Under the pieces are notes generated by a model, which made no database searches, was not told where the DNA came from, and saw only the letters and a list, made by a program, of their open reading frames with translations. A stretch of DNA of 64,000 nucleotides. It comes from Candidatus Wolfebacteria bacterium (GTDB taxonomy: Bacteria > Patescibacteriota > Minisyncoccia > UBA6257 > UBA9933). The stretch spans positions 3,579 to 67,578 of the forward strand of contig JACPIO010000025.1 of the NCBI GenBank assembly GCA_016188075.1, written 5' to 3'. Shown piece after piece: positions 20,925 to 27,840 of the stretch. Position 1 is the stretch's first letter. Each line of letters begins with the position of its first letter. Both the position numbers and the translations under genes were made by a program.

Positions 20925-21580
20925 TGCTCCTTGAGTAAGTTGTAAAGAGTGTGCCGCAAACATGCACCATAGGGGATCGCGCTGGCACGTCAGTCGCGAG
21001 AGGTTCGAATCCTCATGCATGGGGTTTGCTGTCTCGGTGTGGTGATCGTGGAAGGAGCCCATGCGTAAGGCGCTTTCGAAGGGGAAAGGTCTTTTTCCCT
21101 CGCTAGAGCCGGATTGGGTCTTTAAACCACGAAGTCTCACATCGTCCGTTCCCTCCGCTGTCCCAGGAAACTGGGGAGATTAGAGGGGTAATAAGACAGT
21201 AGGCCTGCGGCACGCTACTAAAATATCCGGCGCAATCAATGTGCCGAGAGAAGTCCGCGCCGAGGTGGGTCGGCCGCTCGCGATGCCAGCAGGAAGTAGT
21301 AGCGGCAGTCGCTGCGGTTGCGGCGCCCGATCGAGAGCTTCGCGCTCTCCGAGGCGTCGATACGGTCCCGCGCGCGGGCACGCAGGAGTGGACCACCTTG
21401 CCTTCCAAAAAGGTGAGGTGCCTGCAGGGGACTAGATACCCCCACCGGCCAACGACGACGGCCGTACCGCCACAAGGGCGGGTCGGGCTGGCGTCCGGGC
21501 TTCTTCCGGCGCCTCCCATGCGTCTCACAGCACACCAAGGCCTGATGGTAGTTCACCCATCAGGCCCACCTTTTTTAACA
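20925..21580 (+). ncRNA. ~650-nt GC-rich highly structured RNA of unknown class, ending in tandem intrinsic terminators
   Basis: sharp GC island; overlapping Arg/Ala-rich nonsense ORFs on both strands; T-loop-like GGTTCGAATCC at 21002-21012 followed by helix atgcatggg/cccatgcgt and TTTCGAAGGGG (permuted-tmRNA-like layout but no G3:U70); terminators at 21538-21576 and 21589-21612. Confidence 0.45.
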
Positions 21581-21781
21581 GTTGATTTGCCCCTCACGGG
21601 CGTTTTTTATTTTCGTTTAGATTTCGAGGTTGATTTTTCGATATCGTACCCCCACACCAAATGTGGATAATAATTTGGCGTTGGGCAGACTGGATTCAAA
21701 CTTTCTCAATTTAATGGGTTTATCAGGCAAATTTTAAATTTCTACTAAACCAATCCACATTTGGTGTGGGGGTAAAAGATT

Positions 21782-22375
21782 TTAAGAGCGGCGTTCGAGG
21801 GATTGGCTTAAGGTTTCCGGATCGGCGAACTCGATTTCGCCGCCGGTTGGTATCCCGCGGCCCAAGCGGCTGATTTTTTTCGCAAAACCCTGTAATTCTT
21901 TCACGACAATCGAGGCATTCAAGTCTCCGTAGGTCGTTGGATTAAAAGCCAAAATTATTTCTTCGACTTGGCCCTCTTTTTTAATCAAATGTTTTAAGTG
22001 ATTCAAGCGCAGTTTTTTGCCGCTGTCCAAATCTCCGCTTTTCGACAAATCTCCCAAAATCAAATAGAGGCCATTGAATTTTTTCGTCTTTTCTATCGAA
22101 ATTAAATTAGTTTCCTTCTCGACAATCATAATTAAGTTTTTATTCCGTTTGGGATCCCGGCAAATATCGCATATATTATCTTTGTTCTGATGCACAAAAA
22201 AGCACTGGGAGCAGGTTTTTAGATAGCGCAAATCCGAAACTGCCTGAGTGATTTCTTCTATTCTATTTCGGCCTTCGCCAATAAGTTTAAAAGCCAGTCG
22301 CGTTGCTTGGCGCACTCCGATTCCCGGCAGAGCCGAGAAAATCTCAATAAATTTTTTGATGGGCTGCGTTAGCAT
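21782..22375 (-). CDS. recR: recombination protein RecR
   Basis: 197 aa; C4 zinc finger CSQCFFV...CDIC; Toprim domain. Confidence 0.85.
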   Translation of the reverse strand: MLTQPIKKFIEIFSALPGIGVRQATRLAFKLIGEGRNRIEEITQAVSDLRYLKTCSQCFFVHQNKDNICDICRDPKRNKNLIMIVEKETNLISIEKTKKFNGLYLILGDLSKSGDLDSGKKLRLNHLKHLIKKEGQVEEIILAFNPTTYGDLNASIVVKELQGFAKKISRLGRGIPTGGEIEFADPETLSQSLERRS

Positions 22376-22415
22376 TTTGTTGTATTATATCCCAAATCTG
22401 ATAAAATTGAAATTG

Positions 22416-22676
22416 ATGCGCCTTGCGATTGTTCTATTTTTAGCTTTAGTTTTAGCCGCGGTCTCTACGCAGGGTTATTTTATTTTAAGAGAGAGGAATC
22501 AGCTTAAGGCCGAAGTTCCCAATTTGAATAGCCGGCTGTCGTCGCTTAATAAGGAGAATGAAAATTTGAAAGCAGACATAGAATATTTTTCCCGTCCGGA
22601 AAATTTAGAGAAGGAATTGCGGGCGAAATTTAATTATAAAAAGCCGGACGAGAAATTGATGATCGTGGTGCCATAA
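22416..22676 (+). CDS. FtsB/DivIC-like septum formation initiator
   Basis: N-terminal TM then coiled coil; ATG at 22416 inside longer ORF 22248. Confidence 0.55.
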   Translation: MRLAIVLFLALVLAAVSTQGYFILRERNQLKAEVPNLNSRLSSLNKENENLKADIEYFSRPENLEKELRAKFNYKKPDEKLMIVVP

Positions 22677-22691
22677 GGTGGTAGTATATTT

Positions 22692-22762
22692 GCGGGCGTA
22701 GTATAGTGGCAATACGCGACCTTCCCAAGGTTGAAGCGGGAGTTCGATTCTCCTCGCCCGCT
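22692..22762 (+). tRNA. tRNA-Gly (anticodon CCC)
   Basis: acceptor gcgggcg/cgcccgc, anticodon loop ttCCCaa, T-arm gggag-ttcgatt-ctcct. Confidence 0.8.
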
Positions 22763-22771
22763 CAAATTATC

Positions 22772-23965
22772 ATGAAATTTTTAAATTCGTTGGAGAAAAA
22801 AAGTCTTGCTGGCGAGATTTGTCTTTTGCGGATGGATTTGGATATTGAAAACACGGACTTACGCGGACTTAACGCTGACTCACACAGACAATTGCCATTC
22901 AGATTAGAAGCGGCTTTGCCGACAATTAAATTTTTGCTCGAAAGAAAAACCAAGGTGGTAATCTTGTCTCATCGCGGTAGGCCGCGGTCTGGGATATACG
23001 CGGATAGACGCAGAAAAGAATTCTCCCTGAAGCCGTTTGTGAAGATTTTAGCGTCCTTATTGAAACGCCCCATCTATTTTATCGATTTTAAAAATCTTAC
23101 GAGGCTTAGCCTCGTAAGATTGAAAAATGTTGTTAGAGACTCCGCCCCGGGCGCTATTTTTCTTTTGGAAAATTTAAGATTTTTGAAGGGTGAAATGGAA
23201 AACGACAAAAAATTCGCGAAACAATTGGCGTCGCTGGGAAGTTTTTACGTAAACGATGCTTTCGGCGTCAGTCATCGGGCGAACGCTTCAGTCGAAGCCA
23301 TTACTCATTTTTTGCCTTCATACGCCGGTTTGCACATGGAAAAAGAATTAGAAAAACTGAATGGGTTGACGAAAAAAGCGAAACGGCCATTCGTGATTAT
23401 TCTCGGCGGTTCGAAAACTCACGATAAACTGCCGCTTATAAAAAATTTATGGAATAAAGCGGATTATTTTCTTTTGGGCGGCGGGGTTGCCAATACTTTT
23501 TTCGCGGCTCAAGGATTGCTGATCGGAGATTCCTTGCGTGGAGACAGCGCGGAACTGCGCGGAATACTGCGCGGAATTACGCGGAAAGAATTATCACGAA
23601 AAGTTATCTTGCCAGTTGATGTTGCGATTAAGGATAGAAAAATTTTGGATATCGGACCGAAAACAGTTAAAAGATTCGGCGAAATTATAAAGAAAGCGAA
23701 AACGATTATTTGGAACGGGCCAATGGGATTGATTGAGGATCCGCGATTTGCCAAGGGTTCGGCGGAGGTGGCACGATTTATTTCTCAAAGCCGCGCTTTC
23801 TCTGTTGTTGGTGGAGGAGAAACTACCTCTCTAATTACCAATTACCAATTACCAATTACCAAAAGAAATATTTTTCTTTCTACCGGCGGCGGCGCGATGC
23901 TCGAATATCTGGCGGGCAAGAAATTACCGGGCATAGAGGTGTTGAAAAAGTCTACTGTCGACTGA
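22772..23965 (+). CDS. pgk: phosphoglycerate kinase carrying in-frame repeat-derived segments
   Basis: ILSHRGRP, FYVNDAFGVSHRANAS, GGGVANTF and STGGGAMLEY motifs; ATG at 22772 (the track ORF from 22706 overlaps tRNA-Gly); 10-aa insert NLTRLSLVRL from the 29-bp palindrome. Confidence 0.85.
   Translation: MKFLNSLEKKSLAGEICLLRMDLDIENTDLRGLNADSHRQLPFRLEAALPTIKFLLERKTKVVILSHRGRPRSGIYADRRRKEFSLKPFVKILASLLKRPIYFIDFKNLTRLSLVRLKNVVRDSAPGAIFLLENLRFLKGEMENDKKFAKQLASLGSFYVNDAFGVSHRANASVEAITHFLPSYAGLHMEKELEKLNGLTKKAKRPFVIILGGSKTHDKLPLIKNLWNKADYFLLGGGVANTFFAAQGLLIGDSLRGDSAELRGILRGITRKELSRKVILPVDVAIKDRKILDIGPKTVKRFGEIIKKAKTIIWNGPMGLIEDPRFAKGSAEVARFISQSRAFSVVGGGETTSLITNYQLPITKRNIFLSTGGGAMLEYLAGKKLPGIEVLKKSTVD
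22851..22885. repeat. ACGCGGA-type array inside pgk (encodes TDLRGLNADSH)
   Basis: units acacggactt, acgcggactta, acgctgactc. Confidence 0.5.
23093..23121. repeat. palindromic element copy 3 (aatcttacgaggc-tta-gcctcgtaagatt) in-frame inside pgk
   Basis: 13-bp arms; about 10 extra residues relative to E. coli Pgk at this position. Confidence 0.75.
23545..23590. repeat. ACGCGGA-type array inside pgk (encodes SAELRGILRGITRKE)
   Basis: gcgcggaact, gcgcggaatact, gcgcggaattac, gcggaaag. Confidence 0.6.
23831..23855. repeat. ccaattac x3 tandem repeat inside pgk (encodes ITNYQLPIT)
   Basis: reverse complement of the taattggtaatt family at 12631-12660. Confidence 0.5.
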
Positions 23966-24036
23966 CTACAGATTACAGCAAACACAACTTGCCGAAACTT
24001 GCCGTAGACCGTAGTCTGTAGACTGTAGTCAATTTT

Positions 24037-24921
24037 ATGAAATCCATCGTCGTTTTTTATCACAAAAATTGTCTTGATGGTTTTACCGCTGCGTGGGCGG
24101 CTTGGAGAAAATTTGGCAAGAACGCCGTTTATATCGGCATCGAAGCCAAAAGCGAGCCGGTAAAAAATCTTCGAAATAAAGAGATTTACTTTTTGGATGC
24201 TTGTTTTGAAGAAAAGCCGCTTCGCCGGATGGTGAAAAATAATAAAAAGGTTGTGGTTATTGATCATCATTTAAGCCGAAAAGATTTTGTCCATATCGCA
24301 ACCGAAGCAGTGTTTGATCTTAAGCGTTCTGGTTCGGCTTTGGCCTGGAATTATTTTCATTCCGAGAGGCTAATGCCGAAACTGGTTTCTTACGTGGAAG
24401 ATAACGATCTTTGGCGGTTTAGGTTGCCTTACGCAAGAGAGTTAAATAATTCTTTAGAAACCTATCCAATGACTTTTGAGGGATGGAGCAAGCTAGCCGC
24501 CGACTTTCAGTTTTCTGGCAAAAGAAAAAAATATATTGAGGAAGGGAGGGCGATTATCAAATATAAAAAGAAAATAGCCCAGGAGCTGGCGAAAGCAGGA
24601 GATGAAGTTTTTTTCGAGAATCATCGTGCTATCGCCGTTAACTCGTCGATTTTGAAGTCGGAGATCGGAGAATTTGTTTTACAAAATAAGATGGCGCCAC
24701 TTTTCATCCTTTGGCATTACGAGGCGAAACCAAAACCAAAAATTTATTTTAGTTTGCGCTCAAACGGAAAAATTAACGTTGCGGAGTTGGCTAAAAAATT
24801 CGGCGGCGGCGGGCACAGGGCTGCCGGCGGTTTTAACTTTGAACTTAAAAAAAATTTTCCCGGAATTTGTTTCGGGGAAAAATTGCCGTGGCAAAGAAAG
24901 AGTGGTAGAACGGAAAAATGA
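24037..24921 (+). CDS. DHH/DHHA1 phosphoesterase (NrnA-like oligoribonuclease/pAp phosphatase)
   Basis: DHH motif VIDHH; DHHA1 GGGGH. Confidence 0.75.
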   Translation: MKSIVVFYHKNCLDGFTAAWAAWRKFGKNAVYIGIEAKSEPVKNLRNKEIYFLDACFEEKPLRRMVKNNKKVVVIDHHLSRKDFVHIATEAVFDLKRSGSALAWNYFHSERLMPKLVSYVEDNDLWRFRLPYARELNNSLETYPMTFEGWSKLAADFQFSGKRKKYIEEGRAIIKYKKKIAQELAKAGDEVFFENHRAIAVNSSILKSEIGEFVLQNKMAPLFILWHYEAKPKPKIYFSLRSNGKINVAELAKKFGGGGHRAAGGFNFELKKNFPGICFGEKLPWQRKSGRTEK

Positions 24922-25469
24922 TGAAGATGAATAGTCTAAACTTTAAAGATTTGGATTTGGCTTTTGTGGATACCGAGACTACCGGCAGAGGATTGGAACA
25001 CGAGCTTATTGAAATCGCGGTGATTCGGGCAAGCGGATATAATTTTTCGATTTTAGACGAATGGGAAGCAAAAATTCAACCCAAAAAAATCGAGTTGGCC
25101 GAGGAAGGAGCTTTAAAGGTCAATCATTACAGTGGAGAAGCTTGGAAAGACGCTATCCCGTTAGAGGAGGCGATGAAAAAGTTTTTGGAAAAAACAGAAA
25201 AGACGATTCTCACGGCGCACAATTTAAATTTTGATTGGTACTATATTATGAAGGCGCTAGAAGAATGCGGTCTAAAAGCGACTTTTTGGTTTAAGGGATT
25301 GGACACTATTTCTTTGGCGTGGATGAAGTTAAGGCAGGATCCGCGAATTAAATTTTTGAGCGTTAAAGAACTTTGTCGGTATTTTGACATTAACCAGGAA
25401 AAACCGCATTCGGCATTGGATGACGCCCGAGTGACTTATCAGATGTTTAAAAAAATTTTGGAGATTTAG
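24918..25469 (+). CDS. DEDDh 3'-5' exonuclease (DnaQ/epsilon-like)
   Basis: Exo I FVDTETTG, Exo II HNLNFDWYY, Exo III HSALDDARVT. Confidence 0.8.
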   Translation: MMKMNSLNFKDLDLAFVDTETTGRGLEHELIEIAVIRASGYNFSILDEWEAKIQPKKIELAEEGALKVNHYSGEAWKDAIPLEEAMKKFLEKTEKTILTAHNLNFDWYYIMKALEECGLKATFWFKGLDTISLAWMKLRQDPRIKFLSVKELCRYFDINQEKPHSALDDARVTYQMFKKILEI

Positions 25470-25482
25470 CGAAGAATGGGAT

Positions 25483-25899
25483 ATGTCTAAAATTATTGTT
25501 TATATTGATGGCGGGGCAAGGGATAATCCCGGGCCAGCGGCGATTGGCGTAACGATAGGAGAAAGAGAATATTCTAAATATCTTGGTAGAGCGACCAATA
25601 ACGAGGCCGAATACGCGGCCGCGATTTTTGCCTTAAAGAAAATAAAGCAGCTTATTGGAAAGGAAAAGGCGAAAGATGCCGAGGTTCACATAAGATCCGA
25701 TAGCGAACTTTTAGTGAATCAGTTGAATGGCCAGTTTAAAATCAAAGAAAAAGATTTAATTCCGCTTTTTATTGAAATTTGGAACTTGAAACAGGATTTT
25801 GGAAAGATTGAGTTTGTTCAAATGATGAGAAGCGAAAATAAACGCGCTGATCAATTGGTTAACCAAGAGTTGAATAGCCAGAGAGGTTTATTTGGTTAG
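25483..25899 (+). CDS. rnhA: ribonuclease HI
   Basis: DGGARDNPGP ... TNNEAEYAA ... SDSELLVNQ ... NKRADQLV. Confidence 0.85.
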   Translation: MSKIIVYIDGGARDNPGPAAIGVTIGEREYSKYLGRATNNEAEYAAAIFALKKIKQLIGKEKAKDAEVHIRSDSELLVNQLNGQFKIKEKDLIPLFIEIWNLKQDFGKIEFVQMMRSENKRADQLVNQELNSQRGLFG

Positions 25900-25905
25900 G
25901 CCAAA

Positions 25906-26394
25906 ATGGATATTTTTTCTCACGCCCTTTTAGGAGCAGCGGTTGTCAATAACAAAGAACTGCTTTTGCCGGCGTTTTTATTCGGTGCCGGGCCGGATTT
26001 AATTAGCGGTATTCCGGTATGGACAGCCACGATTTATAGATTACGAAAAGAAAAGAAATCCTGGAGAGAAATTAGAAGATTTTTTTGTGATCCCCACAAC
26101 TGGCAGAGCGCGCCGGCCTGGACGCATACGTTTTATATCTATTTGCACAGCCTGCTTTTCGCTATTTTACTTTCTTGGTTTATTTATTATTTTTACCCGC
26201 CGTGGCTGATTTTAATGCGGGCTTGGTTTCTGCATATAATTCTGGATATTCCGACACACAAGGACTGGTTTGCTCACAAGCCGTTTTATCCGTTTAGCAA
26301 TCGAAATTTTGGTTTATTTAATTGGTTCGAAACGCCGCTTCTTTATCTGGGCGTTTTGATTTCGGCTGTAATTTTCGGGTTAGTGTATTTTTAG
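25906..26394 (+). CDS. hypothetical membrane protein
   Basis: 162 aa; several TM helices. Confidence 0.5.
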   Translation: MDIFSHALLGAAVVNNKELLLPAFLFGAGPDLISGIPVWTATIYRLRKEKKSWREIRRFFCDPHNWQSAPAWTHTFYIYLHSLLFAILLSWFIYYFYPPWLILMRAWFLHIILDIPTHKDWFAHKPFYPFSNRNFGLFNWFETPLLYLGVLISAVIFGLVYF

Positions 26395-26491
26395 CTTTTA
26401 TCATTGACTTTTTAATTTTTTTCTTATACCCTGTATTTAATCGGCAAGTCAGGCGATTACTGTCGTGCCTCACTATCGTTCGGCGCAAAAA

Positions 26492-26572
26492 AATACGAAT
26501 TTAACACGAAAAATACGAATGCCACGAATAAATTGATTCGTATCATTCGTGTAATTTCGTAGATTCGTATTA
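26492..26572. repeat. palindromic TACGAA/TTCGTA periodic array inserted in the P3 stem-loop of RNase P RNA
   Basis: lies between P3 strands gtcgtgcctc (26463-26472) and gaggcacga (26593-26601), making P3 about 135 nt. Confidence 0.6.
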
Positions 26573-26816
26573 TGTAAGTGGCGAGCGGCAGCGAGGCACG
26601 ATGGAGGAAAGTCCGGACACTCTCCCGATGAAAATCGGGATAAACAAGTAGCGGCTAACAGCCGTCGTCCAGCTTAGCGGGATAGAGGTGCGAGCAGTGA
26701 CGTCCCGAGACGAAAGTCGAGGGAGAGCCCGATCCCAAGCTTGACGGCTTAACTCTGCGATAGGGATAAGAAAGCAGAGGTGAAACGGCTAAATCCTTAC
26801 TGGGTGCAAGGTTGTG

Positions 26817-26844
26817 CCGAGCACATAACGCTTTATGTGCTCGG
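26817..26844. repeat. palindrome ccgagcacataacgc-tttatgtgctcgg inside rnpB (second copy at 56353-56380)
   Basis: near-identical 28-bp hairpin upstream of rpmA. Confidence 0.6.
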
Positions 26845-27009
26845 AATACCGCTAGAGCCTAAGAGTAATCGACGGCCCAGATAAATTATCGCCACCCCCC
26901 ACCACTTTTGAAAAAAAGTGGTGGGGGGACAGAATCCGGCTTATGACTTGCCGATTTTTTGTTTGTTAAACTAATTAGTGATTTTCGCCCATTGCGCTAT
27001 AATTTAAAA

Positions 27010-27840
27010 ATGGGTAGGAGGAATATCACAATTAAAGCTAACCAGCTTCGGGATTTGTATTTACGAAAAGAGTTCACGGCTGCCCAAATTGCAAACGTCC
27101 TTCAATGTACTGACGTTACTGTATTAAACAAACTTCATTATTATGGAATCAAAGTTAACCGGCCAGGTAGAAGAAATTTTAAATATAAAAAATTCCCATT
27201 TGACGGTAACTTATTAGAAAAATCCTACATGATGGGATTTCGTATGGGAGATTTAAATGTTTATCGACCAAAAAATAAGTTATCACGGATCTTTGTTGTT
27301 CGATGCCATACTACTTCTAAAGATCAATTAGGTGTTTTCCAAAAAATTTTCTTTAGGTATGGACATTCAACCGTTTCGGTTTCCCCTGATAATTCTTACC
27401 ACGTAAATTGCTATTTAGACCATTCCTTCATTTTTCTACTGGATAAAAGTAAAATTCCACAATGGATTGGGGAGGCTCCAAATCTCGGTTGGTCGTTTAT
27501 GGCGGGATACTGCGACGCCGAGGGTTCTTTTGGAATAGATCAAGGACGAGGAAGATTTAAAATTGATAGCTACGATTATTTTATTTTGAGGTGGATTAAA
27601 AAATTTTTAGATAAGAACCAAATAAAAAGTAAATTTAGATGTATATATAAACAAGGTAGTTTGCGTAAAGATGGGACGTTGTGGAATAATAATTTGTGGC
27701 GACTCAATATAAATACTGCATTATCGTTGGAGACATTCGTAAGATCTATTTTGCCTTTCTCGTTGCATAAAAAAAGAGTTAAAGATGCTAATAAAGTTTT
27801 AAGAAATATTAAAGTAAGAAGAGAAAATGGAACAATTTGA
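27010..27840 (+). CDS. LAGLIDADG-family homing-endonuclease-like protein with N-terminal HTH; AT-rich
   Basis: FMAGYCDAEGSFG (LAGxxDxEG) plus degenerate first motif MMGFRMGDLNV; ATG 27010 preceded by tataat (track ORF starts at TTG 26959); overlaps the lepA start. Confidence 0.5.
   Translation: MGRRNITIKANQLRDLYLRKEFTAAQIANVLQCTDVTVLNKLHYYGIKVNRPGRRNFKYKKFPFDGNLLEKSYMMGFRMGDLNVYRPKNKLSRIFVVRCHTTSKDQLGVFQKIFFRYGHSTVSVSPDNSYHVNCYLDHSFIFLLDKSKIPQWIGEAPNLGWSFMAGYCDAEGSFGIDQGRGRFKIDSYDYFILRWIKKFLDKNQIKSKFRCIYKQGSLRKDGTLWNNNLWRLNINTALSLETFVRSILPFSLHKKRVKDANKVLRNIKVRRENGTI

Larger units (their letters stand above)
26441..26953 (+). ncRNA. rnpB: RNase P RNA, bacterial type A, enlarged by inserted repeat elements
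   Basis: P4 5' strand GGAGGAAAGTCCGGAC at 26603-26618; P4 3' strand ACAGAATCCGGCTTA at 26929-26943; P1 cggcaagtca/tgacttgccg; length ~510 nt versus ~350-400. Confidence 0.85.

Noticed and set aside
20925-21580. Canonical (non-permuted) tmRNA
   Set aside because: The T-loop-like motif is at the 5' end, not the 3' end. The candidate acceptor helix lacks G3:U70 and no tag ORF ending in -AA-stop was found. Kept only as a permuted or divergent possibility.
21103-21670. ORFs 21103-21528(-), 21236-21556(-), 21239-21670(+) and 21241-21435(+) as protein-coding genes
   Set aside because: They overlap one another on both strands inside a GC island, are Arg/Ala/Pro-rich low-complexity, have no start context and end at intrinsic terminators. 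Better explained as a structured RNA region.
23831-23855. ccaattac repeat in pgk as an insertion
   Set aside because: The local protein length matches E. coli Pgk within 2 residues. The repeat more likely replaced existing sequence than added to it, so it is listed as a repeat only.
26322-26504. ORF 26322-26504(+)
   Set aside because: Overlaps the promoter and 5' end of the RNase P RNA gene.
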